64,000 bases of DNA. Origin: Lachnospiraceae bacterium. GTDB lineage: Bacteria > Bacillota > Clostridia > Lachnospirales > Lachnospiraceae. The position numbers and the translations under genes are program-made. The number at the start of each line of letters is the position of its first letter. The first letter of the stretch is position 1. The notes under the pieces were generated by a model that saw only the letters and a program-made list of their open reading frames with translations, did no database searches and was not told the origin of the DNA. Positions 52,438 to 63,242 of the stretch are shown in pieces. The stretch lies in NCBI GenBank assembly GCA_017440575.1, contig JAFSGY010000075.1, forward strand, positions 822 to 64,821. The letters run 5' to 3'.

Positions 52438-52465
52438 AAATGCTACATCTTTGATATGTTCAGGC

Positions 52466-53185
52466 TTATGAAAGGATAGACTTTTTTTGTAGTGCATGAT
52501 AGTACTCGCTCTTACTAATAGGAAGAAGTTCCCCGGATGTGAGTAAAATAAATTTCCGATTAAAGGAAGTAATATATTTTTCATTCACCAGATAAGACTG
52601 ATGCACTCGAATAAAGCGACAGTTTTTCACTCTTAAATTGTCTTCCAGTTCACTAAGCCTTCCGTAGAAGGAATCGCTGCCGTATTTGGTAACCAGGCGG
52701 ACGCAGCGACCTTCTGATGCGAAGTATAGGATGTGGTTAAGAGGTGTAGAATGATAAGAGGGTCTGTGATAATAAGAAAAGGTATTTTTATCAGAGCTGA
52801 TATAATCATATGCTTTGCATACACTGTTCCATAACTCTTGATAGGAAGCGGAAGATACATGGTAGATGGGCTGCAATAGAAAAGTATAGTCATCTCCCAT
52901 AGAATCATTGAAAGATTCTGAATCTTTCGTTAAAATAAATATGATAGAGTGCTTTTGTTCTTTTAGGAATAGAAAGGTGTTTATGAATTTTTTGGAAACA
53001 ATAGAATCAGAAAAGATAATAATATCCGGATAAATGCCGTGGTCTGCATATTGCAGTAAATCCTCGGAATTTTTAGCGGATAAGGTTTGAATATCAATGC
53101 CTCTTCGGGAAAAGTCTTTGGTAATTTCCTGTAGTATGTGATTGATCATAGATTCCTGCTGAGAACAAAAAGCGATGGTAAGCAT
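52466..53185 (-). CDS. LytTR-family regulator with degenerate receiver
   Basis: ILYFASEGR, FIRVHQSYLVN, LPISK; acidic pocket replaced (IAFCSQQ). Confidence 0.9.
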   Translation of the reverse strand: MLTIAFCSQQESMINHILQEITKDFSRRGIDIQTLSAKNSEDLLQYADHGIYPDIIIFSDSIVSKKFINTFLFLKEQKHSIIFILTKDSESFNDSMGDDYTFLLQPIYHVSSASYQELWNSVCKAYDYISSDKNTFSYYHRPSYHSTPLNHILYFASEGRCVRLVTKYGSDSFYGRLSELEDNLRVKNCRFIRVHQSYLVNEKYITSFNRKFILLTSGELLPISKSEYYHALQKKSILS

Positions 53186-53345
53186 CGTGAAAGAACACTC
53201 CTAAATAATTAATTTGTCAGAAAGCATTAAGGATTGAGAACATTCCCATGTGCTTTCTTTATGAAAGTATACTGGTACATAAAGTTAAAATACATAGGAA
53301 ATAAGTACTAATTTTGTAGATTTATAAAAGGGGATGAGGATTAAA

Positions 53346-54011
53346 ATGAATTTATTTGATATCATAGGACCTGTTATGGTGGGACCTTCCAGTTCACATA
53401 CGGCAGGAGCCGTAAAAATAGGATATGTAGCAAGAAAACTGCTGGCACAGCCGGTAAAAAAAGCAGAGATTTTGTTATATGGATCCTTTTTGGCAACGGG
53501 AAAGGGACATGGAACGCAGTTAGCCATTGTGGCAGGATTATTAGGAATGAAAACGGATGATTCAAGGATTCCTGACAGCTTTCAGTTGGCAAAGGAAGCC
53601 GGGATGGAGATAACCTTCGGGGAAGCTAAGCTTAAGGATGCACATCCTAATTCCGTACAGCTTCTATTAATGGGTGAGGATGGAAGAACACTGGACGTAG
53701 TTGGAGAGTCTATTGGCGGTTCACGAATTAATATTGCGAGTATAAATGGCTCTATGGCAAATTTTTCAGGGGAATATCCGACATTAATAGTATATCATAC
53801 AGACCAGCCGGGGCATGTGGCAGAGGTGACAAGTATGCTGTCACATAAGTCTGTCAATATTGCTACGATGCATTTATATCGTGCGGGACGAGGCGGACGA
53901 GCGGTTATGGTTATGGAATGTGACCATGAGGTACCGGCAGAATCTGTCAGATGGCTGACACGTTTGGAAGGCATCGACAAGGTTATTTATTACAGTCTGG
54001 AAGAACGTTAA
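53346..54011 (+). CDS. sdaAB: L-serine dehydratase beta subunit
   Basis: FDIIGPVMVGPSSSHTAGA, TGKGHGT, HPN, SIGG, C-terminal ACT domain. Confidence 0.95.
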   Translation: MNLFDIIGPVMVGPSSSHTAGAVKIGYVARKLLAQPVKKAEILLYGSFLATGKGHGTQLAIVAGLLGMKTDDSRIPDSFQLAKEAGMEITFGEAKLKDAHPNSVQLLLMGEDGRTLDVVGESIGGSRINIASINGSMANFSGEYPTLIVYHTDQPGHVAEVTSMLSHKSVNIATMHLYRAGRGGRAVMVMECDHEVPAESVRWLTRLEGIDKVIYYSLEER

Positions 54012-54023
54012 GGGGGGGAAGAA

Positions 54024-54899
54024 ATGGGCTTTTCGTATTTAACTGAAATAGAGGATATTGCAAAGCAGCAGGGAGTTCCTTTTTGGCGTGTTATTATAGA
54101 AGATGATATGAAGGAGAGAAATGTCAGCTTCGAGGAATCCTTTGAGACGATGAGAGGTATGTATCGTGCCATGAGAGAGGCAGACGCTTCCTATGATGGG
54201 ACACTTCGTTCGGTTAGCGGACTTGCCGGTGGTGATGGTGCAAAGCTTGAGGAATTTAAGAAGAAAAAGAATCGACTAATCGGCGATTTTCTGACTGAGG
54301 TCATGGAAAAGGCAGTAAAGATGAGTGAATCCAATGCCTGTATGCGAAGGATTGTGGCAGCGCCTACGGCAGGTTCATGTGGTGTGATTCCTGCAGTTTT
54401 GCTTACCTACGAGAGTCAGAGAGAGGTTTCAGAAGATAGGCTGATAGAAGCCCTGTTTGTGGCAGCAGGAATCGGTGAGGTAATCGCTGAGAGTGCATCT
54501 ATCTCTGGAGCTGAGGGTGGATGTCAGGCTGAAATTGGGTCTGCAAGTGCTATGGCAGCAGGTGCAGTTGTCTATCTGGAGGGAGGCTCCGATGAGGAGA
54601 TTATGCATGCAGCAGCGTTAGCATTAAAGAATATGCTTGGTTTAACCTGTGATCCTGTTGCAGGGCTCGTAGAGGTTCCATGTATCAAACGTAATGTTTC
54701 AGGAGCTGTAAATGCAATTGTGTCATCGCAGATGGCGATGGCAGGAATCAGGAGTGCTATTTTACCGGATGAGGTAATTGATTCTATGCGAAGAATTGGT
54801 AAACTACTTCCTGCCTGCTTATGTGAAACAGGTCAGGAAGGATTAGCTATCACTCCGACTGCACTAGAGGTAGTAAGAAAGCTAAGAGAGGAAGCATAG
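54024..54899 (+). CDS. sdaAA: L-serine dehydratase alpha subunit
   Basis: IVAAPTAGSCG, SGAEGGCQAE, GLTCDPVAGLVEVPCIKRN. Confidence 0.96.
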   Translation: MGFSYLTEIEDIAKQQGVPFWRVIIEDDMKERNVSFEESFETMRGMYRAMREADASYDGTLRSVSGLAGGDGAKLEEFKKKKNRLIGDFLTEVMEKAVKMSESNACMRRIVAAPTAGSCGVIPAVLLTYESQREVSEDRLIEALFVAAGIGEVIAESASISGAEGGCQAEIGSASAMAAGAVVYLEGGSDEEIMHAAALALKNMLGLTCDPVAGLVEVPCIKRNVSGAVNAIVSSQMAMAGIRSAILPDEVIDSMRRIGKLLPACLCETGQEGLAITPTALEVVRKLREEA

Positions 54900-54988
54900 G
54901 TACTGTTCACACAGCACTTAGCATTTGCTTGCATAGAAGCGAGGATTGAAACATAGATTAAGAAAAAGAGTTGTTTGTAGGTTTTCAT

Positions 54989-55513
54989 ATGCAGGCCAAT
55001 GTTATGGTTCATTTATCCAATATTTTGATTCCGGCACTTATCTTCTATATTATAATGACAGGACTAACACAAAAGAAAAATATTTACCAAAGCTTTACCA
55101 AAGGAGCAAAGGATGGTGTTGAGACAGTTTTGGGAATTCTGCCTACATTAATTGGGCTGATGGTAGCAGTAGGAGTGCTTAGGGCTTCAGGATTTCTTGA
55201 TTTTCTGGGAAGACTCTTTGGATGGCTACTTGGTGATTTTCCACAGGAGCTGGTATCTTTGTTTTTGGTAAAGGCATTTTCTTCTTCGGCAGCAACAGGC
55301 TTATTACTGGACATTTATAAGGAATATGGTACGGATTCTTATGCAGGACTTGTGGCGTCTCTTGCATTAAGTTCTACAGAGACAGTATTCTACACGATGT
55401 CCGTTTACTTCATGGCAGTTAAGGTAACAAAAACACGCTGGACCTTACCAGGAGCGCTAATTTCGACAATTGCAGGCATTTTAGCAAGTATTTTACTTGC
55501 TAAAAAAATGTAA
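54989..55513 (+). CDS. spmB: Spore maturation protein B
   Basis: F..GAKDG, P.LIGLMVAVGVLRASG, STETVFYTMSVYF, KTRW; start uncertain (54971 or 54989). Confidence 0.92.
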   Translation: MQANVMVHLSNILIPALIFYIIMTGLTQKKNIYQSFTKGAKDGVETVLGILPTLIGLMVAVGVLRASGFLDFLGRLFGWLLGDFPQELVSLFLVKAFSSSAATGLLLDIYKEYGTDSYAGLVASLALSSTETVFYTMSVYFMAVKVTKTRWTLPGALISTIAGILASILLAKKM

Positions 55514-55560
55514 TTTTTGGTTATATCCTATCGCAAAAAACAGAAATAATGAAAAACGTC

Positions 55561-55606
55561 AAAATCCTTAAAAATGTTGTATACACTGATTTTTTAAGGA
55601 TTTTTT
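55561..55606. terminator. Inverted repeat after spmB
   Basis: aaaatccttaaaaa ... tttttaaggatttt. Confidence 0.6.
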
Positions 55607-55743
55607 ATTTGCATTATTTTAATTTCTACTAAACAGATAGGAAAAATTCTGCGATAAAACTGCGTTGCGAAAGAAGACTTTTTTTGATTTAATCCATTTG
55701 TGACAAATTTAAGCTTTTAGTGAATGAAATGGAGGCAAAACAG

Positions 55744-56256
55744 ATGGGACAAGTAAACGTTATGGAGGTACAGGATAGTGAAAGAGCAATGCGCATGATA
55801 TGCGATTTGCTGATGAGGAATCAAGGATTCCAGATTATGATTAATATACCTCAAAATGAAGGCCCGCAGGAAGCTGTAGTAGAAGCAGCTACATATAAAA
55901 AAGCACACGATTTGGAAAAAGACGTCACAGATATTATTCATGAGATAGGAGTTCCGGCTCATATTAAAGGATATCAGTATTTGAGAGAAGCAATTATGCT
56001 GTCAGTAGAGGACAGAGAAATGTTAAGTGCAGTAACGAAGATTTTATATCCCGCTATTGCAAAGAAATACCATACGACATCAAGCAGAGTAGAGAGAGCA
56101 ATCCGACATGCGATAGAAGTAGCATGGAACAGAGGAGATATGGATACTTTGGATTCTATGTTTGGTTATACGATTAATGTAGGTAAGGGTAAACCAACTA
56201 ATTCTGAGTTTATAGCATTAATTGTTGATAAGATTCGTTTGAGATATAGAGAATAG
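55744..56256 (+). CDS. Spo0A C-terminal domain protein without receiver domain
   Basis: [56 protein letters not shown]; ATG 55744 after GGAGG. Confidence 0.9.
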   Translation: MGQVNVMEVQDSERAMRMICDLLMRNQGFQIMINIPQNEGPQEAVVEAATYKKAHDLEKDVTDIIHEIGVPAHIKGYQYLREAIMLSVEDREMLSAVTKILYPAIAKKYHTTSSRVERAIRHAIEVAWNRGDMDTLDSMFGYTINVGKGKPTNSEFIALIVDKIRLRYRE

Positions 56257-56401
56257 AAAAATATTAACATAATAGTTTGATACTAACAAAAGTGAATGAG
56301 CTAAAATGAATTAATAGTTTATTTAAAATGAATTGATTAATTTTCTGAAAAGATATATAATTTTTCTGTAAGACCAATTTCGATAGAAAGGAAGTAAGAG
56401 T

Positions 56402-58153
56402 ATGCGGTTTAATAAACGGTTTATGCAGAATTTTAGTATCCGAGTAAAGATTATCGTACCAATTAGTATTTTTGTCATTTTATTATTAATTTCATGCTAC
56501 ATAGCAACATCCAGTACCAATAAGATGATGGTTGCAAGCGAAGTGATATCAGGAAATTATGCACATGGAATGACGCTTTTAGGTGATTTGGCGACAGAAT
56601 TTGAGACTTTGCAAAAAATTGCATATTCTCATTGTTTGTCAAGAGATGATGAATTAATGCGTACTCTAGAGATAGATACAGATACTGTCTATAATGAGAT
56701 TATGGCAATTTCTCAGGAATTTGAGGCAACATTGGATGCCGAAGGCGAAGAGATTGCATTATATCAGCAGTTTAAGGAAAAATATGAAGAGTTTACACAG
56801 ACATTTACACTGGTTATAACCTGTAGTTCAGCCAGTCAATATGTTCAAGCTGAAACTATGGCAAATACAAAGCTAAAAGAACAGGGAGCTGAGCTTGCTG
56901 CCTTGATTGACCAGATGCAGGCATTGAAGCAAGCAGGAATGGATGCAGCGGTTCAGTCAAATGAAGAAATATATCAGAATTCTCAAGATACAGCTAATAT
57001 GTTGGGAGTCTGTACTGCTGTACTTACAATCTTTACAATAGGCTTATGTATGGCTGAGATTATTAAGCCGATGGAAAAAACGAGTAAAGAGCTGAAAGTT
57101 ATTGTAGATGATATTGTAGCAGGAAAAGGTGACCTTACAAAGAGAATCGAGGTAAAGGGTAAGGACGAAATTGCTACGATGGGTAAAGGTATTAACAGCT
57201 TTATTGAAGCCTTACAGAATGTCATGAAGACCATTATCAGTAATTCTACAGAGCTTGATGAAATTGTAGAAAATGTAACAGAGAACGTAGCAACCGCCAA
57301 TGGAGGCGCCTGTGATATTTCTGCGGTTATGGAGGAGTTATCAGCCTCTATGGAAGAGGTATCTGCGACTTCGGCAGGTGTAAATGATAATGCATCTAAT
57401 GTTGATTCTTATGTAGGAGAGCTTGCAAATGCTTCTCAGGAGCTTGCTTCTTATGCAGAGGAAATGAAAATACGGGCAAGTGAGCTAGAAAAGACAGCAG
57501 AAGATAATAAAGATGATACGAATCAGGTTGTTCAGGAGATTCTTGTATCCCTTAAGAAAGCAATGGAGGATTCCAAGAGCGTAGAGCAGGTTAACGGACT
57601 GACCAATGAGATTTTAAGTATTTCGTCCCAGACCAATCTTCTGGCTTTAAATGCATCCATTGAGGCAGCAAGAGCAGGAGAGGCAGGCAAGGGTTTTGCC
57701 GTTGTAGCAGATGAGATTCGACAGCTTGCAGATTCCAGCCGTGAGACAGCAAGCAACATTCAGAATATCAATAATATGGTTACCGCAGCAGTTAAGGAGC
57801 TGATTAAGAATTCTGATGCGATGGTATCCTATATTAATGATAATATTCTGCCAGACTATGATGGATTTGTATCCAGTGGTAAGCAGTATAGGGAAGATGC
57901 ATCTCATGTTGACGAGGTTGTAGCGCAGTTTAATGAGATGTCTGTTACACTTAAGAACTTGGTAAATGAGATTACAGAGGCAATCAATGGAATCTCAACA
58001 GCAGTAGATGAGAGTGCGAATGCCGTGTCCATGGCAGCGATGAATACCAATGACTTGGTAAAGGAAGTAGAAGATATCAATGTACAGATGCAAAGTAACA
58101 GTGAGGTTGCAAAGCGTCTGAAAGTGGAAACAGACAGATTTGTAAATGTATAG
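56402..58153 (+). CDS. Methyl-accepting chemotaxis protein
   Basis: 2 [40 protein letters not shown]. Confidence 0.96.
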   Translation: MRFNKRFMQNFSIRVKIIVPISIFVILLLISCYIATSSTNKMMVASEVISGNYAHGMTLLGDLATEFETLQKIAYSHCLSRDDELMRTLEIDTDTVYNEIMAISQEFEATLDAEGEEIALYQQFKEKYEEFTQTFTLVITCSSASQYVQAETMANTKLKEQGAELAALIDQMQALKQAGMDAAVQSNEEIYQNSQDTANMLGVCTAVLTIFTIGLCMAEIIKPMEKTSKELKVIVDDIVAGKGDLTKRIEVKGKDEIATMGKGINSFIEALQNVMKTIISNSTELDEIVENVTENVATANGGACDISAVMEELSASMEEVSATSAGVNDNASNVDSYVGELANASQELASYAEEMKIRASELEKTAEDNKDDTNQVVQEILVSLKKAMEDSKSVEQVNGLTNEILSISSQTNLLALNASIEAARAGEAGKGFAVVADEIRQLADSSRETASNIQNINNMVTAAVKELIKNSDAMVSYINDNILPDYDGFVSSGKQYREDASHVDEVVAQFNEMSVTLKNLVNEITEAINGISTAVDESANAVSMAAMNTNDLVKEVEDINVQMQSNSEVAKRLKVETDRFVNV

Positions 58154-58173
58154 TGTAATATAGTAAATGTTAG

Positions 58174-58208
58174 AAAGAGCGTACCTAAAAAGATGGTACG
58201 CTCTTTTT
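58174..58208 (+). terminator. Rho-independent terminator
   Basis: aaagagcgtacc-loop-ggtacgctcttttt. Confidence 0.85.
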
Positions 58209-58232
58209 GTTAGTGTGCAAAGGAAATTGCAC

Positions 58233-58425
58233 TGCGCAAAAATGTTGTATATTTTTTGCGCAACAAATATAAAAAAACTATAAATAATATACTAATATTT
58301 TGTGAAAAAATTGTTGCTATTGTGAATTGATGATAAAAGTGACAGGATTTATAATAAAAACATAGACAATAGTTACATATATGTCGTAGAAAAGAGCGCA
58401 ATTTTGCGCAGGCAAAGCGCAAAAG
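58233..58425. promoter_or_regulatory. GCGCAA inverted repeats, candidate operator sites of the sugar ABC operon
   Basis: tgcgcaaaaa/tttttgcgca (58233-58262), gcgcaattttgcgc (58396-58409) and a further gcgcaa in AT-rich DNA. Confidence 0.5.
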
Positions 58426-58447
58426 AAACAAAAAGGAGAGGTGAACA

Positions 58448-59392
58448 GTGAAAAAGGAAAAAGCAAATAATTATAAAAAAGCGCCATTTTTCAAAACACT
58501 GAAAAGAAACTGGATGTTGCTTGCCATGTTGGCACCGGCAGTAATCTATGTACTTGTTTTCTCATATGTACCGATGACAGGTATCGTATTGGCATTCAAG
58601 AAATATCAGTATGCAGGTGGAATCTACTTATCACCTTGGAATGGATTAGATAATTTTAAAGCGCTGCTGGTTGCAGGAAAGCTTGGAATGGTAACGCGCA
58701 ATACGTTGCTCTACAATATCGCTTTTATTGCGCTGGGTGTTGTCTTTGAAATGGGTAGTGCAATTTTACTGAACGAAATCGGTGGAAAATGGTTTAAGAA
58801 GATTGCACAGTCCTTTATGTTTTTACCATACTTCATCAGCTGGGTAGTTGTAAGTGCGGTAATGTTCAACGTTTTCAATTACGAAAAGGGTGTTGTAAAT
58901 CATATCCTGAACGTATTAGGATTGGAAGCATTTGACTTATATAATTCTCCAAATGCATGGCCGATTGTCTTAATCTTTTTGAAGGTATGGAAGCAGACAG
59001 GTTATGGTTCTGTTGTATATCTGGCAGCAATTACTGGATTAGATCAGGAAATGTTTGAAGCAGCTTCCATCGATGGTGCAAGCGCATGGCAGAAGATTAA
59101 ATATATTACCATTCCATCCTTAGTACCGACAATGGTAATCATGGTACTTCTGGCAATCGGAAATATCTTCCGTGGAGACTTTGGTATGTTCTATCAGACA
59201 GTAAAATCAAGTGCATTGTTACAGCCTGTGACAGATGTTATTGATACCTATGTATTCCGCTTATTGATTACGAATAGTGATATTGGTGTATCAGCAGCAG
59301 CAGGTCTTTATCAGTCAGTACTTTGCTTTATTACCATTACTGTTTGTAACAAGCTTGTTAAAAAGATCGACCCTGATTATTCATTGTATTAA
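58448..59392 (+). CDS. Carbohydrate ABC transporter permease (LplB-like)
   Basis: FLPYFISWVVV, EAASIDGA, DVIDTYV. Confidence 0.93.
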   Translation: MKKEKANNYKKAPFFKTLKRNWMLLAMLAPAVIYVLVFSYVPMTGIVLAFKKYQYAGGIYLSPWNGLDNFKALLVAGKLGMVTRNTLLYNIAFIALGVVFEMGSAILLNEIGGKWFKKIAQSFMFLPYFISWVVVSAVMFNVFNYEKGVVNHILNVLGLEAFDLYNSPNAWPIVLIFLKVWKQTGYGSVVYLAAITGLDQEMFEAASIDGASAWQKIKYITIPSLVPTMVIMVLLAIGNIFRGDFGMFYQTVKSSALLQPVTDVIDTYVFRLLITNSDIGVSAAAGLYQSVLCFITITVCNKLVKKIDPDYSLY

Positions 59393-59407
59393 TGGGAGGT
59401 AACTAAA

Positions 59408-60331
59408 ATGGCAAATACATTTGATTCAGAGGAATTGCAGAAAGGAAAAGGCATTAAATCAAAAGATGCGATGGTTGTAAAGCTGATCGGATATCTTTTT
59501 ATCGGATTCTTTGCCTTAATCTGTGTGATTCCATTCTACTTAATTGTTATTGCTTCTTTTACATCAGAAGCATCCTTGATTCGAGATGGATATCCGATAT
59601 TCCCAACAGGCTTCGACTTACAGAGTTATCTGTTGTGTCTGAAGAATCCGGTTAGTATTTTGAAGGCATATGGAACTACCATAGGTGTAACTGCTGCGGG
59701 TACAACGCTTGCTGTACTTTTGGCAACAATGACAGGATATGTATTATCCCGTAAGGATTTTCCTTGGAGAAATGGATTTTCCTTCTTCTTCTTCTTCACT
59801 ACTTTATTTAGTGGTGGATTAGTACCTTGGTATATGATGTGTGTACGTTATCTTCATATGAAGAACACATATTTTGCATTGATATTACCTTTGATGTTCT
59901 CTGTATGGAACATGATTATTGCAAAGACTTTTATGAACGGTATTCCTGATGCGATCAGTGAATCAGCAAAGATTGATGGTGCAAATGATATAACAATCTT
60001 TGTGAAGCTGATTCTTCCACTTAGTAAACCACTTCTGGCAACACTTGGTTTGTTCTCAGCACTGGCTTACTGGAATGACTGGTATAACTGTATGTTGTAT
60101 GTAACCGAAGAAGATATGTTCAACCTGCAGTATTACTTACAGAGAATGCTTGGAAGTGCAGAGGCGATGCGTATTGTAGCTGAGAAATCAGGTATCGCGC
60201 TTCCATCCGTACCGTTAGAAGGTATGAAGATGGCAATGACAATCATTGCTACCGGTCCTATCGTATTGTTATATCCTTTCGTACAGCGCTACTTTGTTAA
60301 GGGACTTACCATTGGTGCCGTAAAGGGTTAA
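59408..60331 (+). CDS. Carbohydrate ABC transporter permease (LplC-like)
   Basis: FSGGLVP.Y, ESAKIDGA, YPFVQRYFVKGLTIGAVKG. Confidence 0.93.
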   Translation: MANTFDSEELQKGKGIKSKDAMVVKLIGYLFIGFFALICVIPFYLIVIASFTSEASLIRDGYPIFPTGFDLQSYLLCLKNPVSILKAYGTTIGVTAAGTTLAVLLATMTGYVLSRKDFPWRNGFSFFFFFTTLFSGGLVPWYMMCVRYLHMKNTYFALILPLMFSVWNMIIAKTFMNGIPDAISESAKIDGANDITIFVKLILPLSKPLLATLGLFSALAYWNDWYNCMLYVTEEDMFNLQYYLQRMLGSAEAMRIVAEKSGIALPSVPLEGMKMAMTIIATGPIVLLYPFVQRYFVKGLTIGAVKG

Positions 60332-60410
60332 TAATAAAACAGTTACTTAATGAACTCGATGTGTTAGAGGCATAGTGCCTCAGAACATATAAAAAAGGAG
60401 GATTTTATTC

Positions 60411-62099
60411 ATGAAAAGAAAAACTTTAGCACTGACACTTGCAACATGCATGCTGGCTTCTGCATTAGCAGGCTGTGGCGGATCATCATCTGACAGCACA
60501 GCTACAGACAGCGCAGCGTCTACAACAAAAACAGAAACAACAAAAACAGACAGTGCAGCATCTACAACAACAGATGCAGCTACAGATGCAGCAGCAGCAC
60601 CAGCAGTATCTCTTGACAGCTTACCAGAAAAGATTGAGAGAGGTGTAACCGTTACAGCGACACCAGAAATGTATTCGGGAATTGATTTAAGCAAGGATTA
60701 TACCGTTAATATGTTTCTCATTGGTGATACACCAAATGATTGGGATAAGGTTCTTGGATTAGTAAATGACTATTTACAGCCATTCAATACACAGCTTGAT
60801 GTAACTTTCATGAGCTGGTCAGATTATCAGACAATGTACTCTCTGGTACTTGCAGGTGGTGAACAGGTTGACTTAATCTTTACTGCACCATGGTGCTATA
60901 TGTACACAGAAGCAGCAAAGGGTTCTTTCTATGAGTTAACAGATGATTTCCTTGCAAAGACAATGCCTTTAACTATGAAGTATCAGGCACCAGAAAGCTG
61001 GGATGAGACAACTATTTCAGGACAGACAATTGCAGTTCCTTCTAACCAGGCTCAGTCCATGGGTAAGATTGTAGCTGTTCGTCAGGACTTAATGGAAAAG
61101 CATGGTATGACAGAGCTTAAGACATGGGATGATTACAAGCAGTATATGCTTACAATCGCTGAAAAGGAAACTCCTGAAAGTGGTATCTATGCATTAGCAG
61201 CATGTGGTGACAACAACGAGTTATGGGATGTATACCGTCAGCAGACAGATACATTCTTAGCATTAGACAGCAACTATCTTGATATGATGTATGAGTACAC
61301 AGGTGAGCTTCCTACTAAGGATAAGATTAAGATGGCTTATGAATTTGATTCCTTCAGAGCTTATGCAAAGGATATGAAGGAAATGGCAGATGCAGGATGC
61401 TGGAGCCGTGGTGCTTTAACAAACACTGTAACTGATGATGATGCTTTCGGTAACTTACAGGGTGCATCTATCGCATGGAATGCTTCCGTATTTACATATA
61501 TGAAGCAGGCAGAAAAGACAGAAGGCGTTACCTGTATGGCATATGACCTTACAACAGATCATTTAGTAGGTGCTGAAGCATACTCTAACAACGATATGGC
61601 AATTGCAGCTGGTTCTGCTAATCCAGAGCGTGCAGCTATGGTACTTGACTTAATCAAGTGTGATACATATTTGAACAGCTTAATCTGTATCGGTATCGAA
61701 GGTGAGCACTATACATTAGATGCAGACGGATACTACACAGCTACAGAAAAGGCTACAGAGTTCCCTAACATGACAGTTTCTGCTTCATGGGCAATTAAGA
61801 ATGGTAACTTACAGCAGGCTGGAACACCAGAGCGTGAGCAGGCGATTACAGATGCTTGGGATACAAGAAAGACAATGAATCCTACTATCACATTTGTATT
61901 TGATGATTCAAATGTATCTGCTTACACAGCAGCTGTAAATACTGTATTACAGGATTATGTACCTATGCTTGAGTTAGGTCTTGTTGATGATGTTGATGCA
62001 ACATTAGATGAAATGATTCAGAAGTGCTATGATGCAGGATTACAGACAGTATATGATGAATTCTTTGCACAGTATGACGCATGGTATGCAACACGCTAA
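60411..62099 (+). CDS. Carbohydrate ABC transporter substrate-binding lipoprotein
   Basis: Lipobox LAGC, Thr/Ala linker, SBP fold, GIEGEHY; context. Confidence 0.92.
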   Translation: MKRKTLALTLATCMLASALAGCGGSSSDSTATDSAASTTKTETTKTDSAASTTTDAATDAAAAPAVSLDSLPEKIERGVTVTATPEMYSGIDLSKDYTVNMFLIGDTPNDWDKVLGLVNDYLQPFNTQLDVTFMSWSDYQTMYSLVLAGGEQVDLIFTAPWCYMYTEAAKGSFYELTDDFLAKTMPLTMKYQAPESWDETTISGQTIAVPSNQAQSMGKIVAVRQDLMEKHGMTELKTWDDYKQYMLTIAEKETPESGIYALAACGDNNELWDVYRQQTDTFLALDSNYLDMMYEYTGELPTKDKIKMAYEFDSFRAYAKDMKEMADAGCWSRGALTNTVTDDDAFGNLQGASIAWNASVFTYMKQAEKTEGVTCMAYDLTTDHLVGAEAYSNNDMAIAAGSANPERAAMVLDLIKCDTYLNSLICIGIEGEHYTLDADGYYTATEKATEFPNMTVSASWAIKNGNLQQAGTPEREQAITDAWDTRKTMNPTITFVFDDSNVSAYTAAVNTVLQDYVPMLELGLVDDVDATLDEMIQKCYDAGLQTVYDEFFAQYDAWYATR

Positions 62100-62196
62100 T
62101 CATATATCACATCTGCATGCGCAGATATGATAACTTATGCGCACTAAGGCGCGTATAATGTCTAACGACATTATAAAACCATGAAGAATGAACAAC

Positions 62197-62223
62197 AAGA
62201 GCTGGCCTTATTGGTCAGCTTTT
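62197..62223 (+). terminator. Rho-independent terminator
   Basis: aagagctggcc-ttatt-ggtcagctttt. Confidence 0.7.
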
Positions 62224-62247
62224 GTTAAAGAGAGGAAAGATGGCAGG

Positions 62248-63240
62248 ATGACAATAACTGAAGTAGCAAATGAGCTTGGGGTTTCCGTAAGTACCGTCTC
62301 ACGCGCATTAAATGGTAAAGGAAGAATCGGAGAGGATACCAGACAGAAAATCATTACTTATGTAAGACAACAGAAAATTAATCAAGAAGTGGTAGAAAGT
62401 CCGACAAAAACAGGTAATCTTGGTGTGATTCTTCCAGATGATGTGTATATTGCAAATGAGCCTTATTTTCAGGAGTGTATCATAGGAGTCTGTGAAACAG
62501 CTGCCATCTTGAATTATGATGTTTTGATTACGACAGCAAAGGCTAATGATATTACTGGTATTCGTACCTGGGTAGAGAAGAAAAAGGTAGATGGTATCAT
62601 TCTGACTAGAAGTATGGAGGATGATAAGGCGATACAGTATCTGAAGGAGCAGGATTTCCTGATTGGTCTTACAGGAGGTTCTGATTATGAAGGAATCATT
62701 CAGGTTGATATTGATAATGAGGATGCTGCAGAGACGTTAACATCTTTTCTGATTGGAGAGGGTTATCGAAAGTTTGCTTTTATTACGGAAACATTGGATT
62801 ATACCGCAAATAAAAAACGTTATATGGGCTTTTGTAATGCATTGCAGAAAAATGGAATAGAAAAAAGCAAGCAGGTTATTTATACTAACTTTTTGAGTGT
62901 GGATGCCATTGACTCCGTTATTCATGATTTAATGGTACAGAAAGTGGAATGTATTATATGCGGTGATGATGTTATCTGTACTAAAATTATGTTAAATCTA
63001 CAGGCTGGAGGCTATCGTATTCCAAAGGATATAGCGGTTGCTTCTTTGTATAATAGTCCCAATCTGAATTGTTTTACACCTTCTATTACTACGGTAAATA
63101 TATCAGCAAAACGAATTGGAAATACAATATGTAAGCAAATGATACATTATTTGACAGGGAAAAATTATGAAGAAAAGACCAAAATTGATTATGAGATTCT
63201 GGTTCGTAAATCAACAAAGAGCTTTCGTAAGGAGAAATAG
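62248..63240 (+). CDS. LacI family transcriptional regulator
   Basis: MTITEVANELGVSVSTVSRALN HTH; IPKDIAV, PSITTV. Confidence 0.93.
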   Translation: MTITEVANELGVSVSTVSRALNGKGRIGEDTRQKIITYVRQQKINQEVVESPTKTGNLGVILPDDVYIANEPYFQECIIGVCETAAILNYDVLITTAKANDITGIRTWVEKKKVDGIILTRSMEDDKAIQYLKEQDFLIGLTGGSDYEGIIQVDIDNEDAAETLTSFLIGEGYRKFAFITETLDYTANKKRYMGFCNALQKNGIEKSKQVIYTNFLSVDAIDSVIHDLMVQKVECIICGDDVICTKIMLNLQAGGYRIPKDIAVASLYNSPNLNCFTPSITTVNISAKRIGNTICKQMIHYLTGKNYEEKTKIDYEILVRKSTKSFRKEK

Positions 63241-63242
63241 CG

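Noticed and set aside
8820-53300. Prophage or ICE as the vehicle of the accessory region
   Set aside because: No integrase, relaxase, VirB4 or phage genes and no flanking direct repeats seen; the FtsK-type ATPase is EssC.
56257-56401. c-di-GMP riboswitch or regulatory repeat before the MCP
   Set aside because: No GEMM-like stems; the aaaatgaatt repeats are low-complexity in AT-rich DNA.
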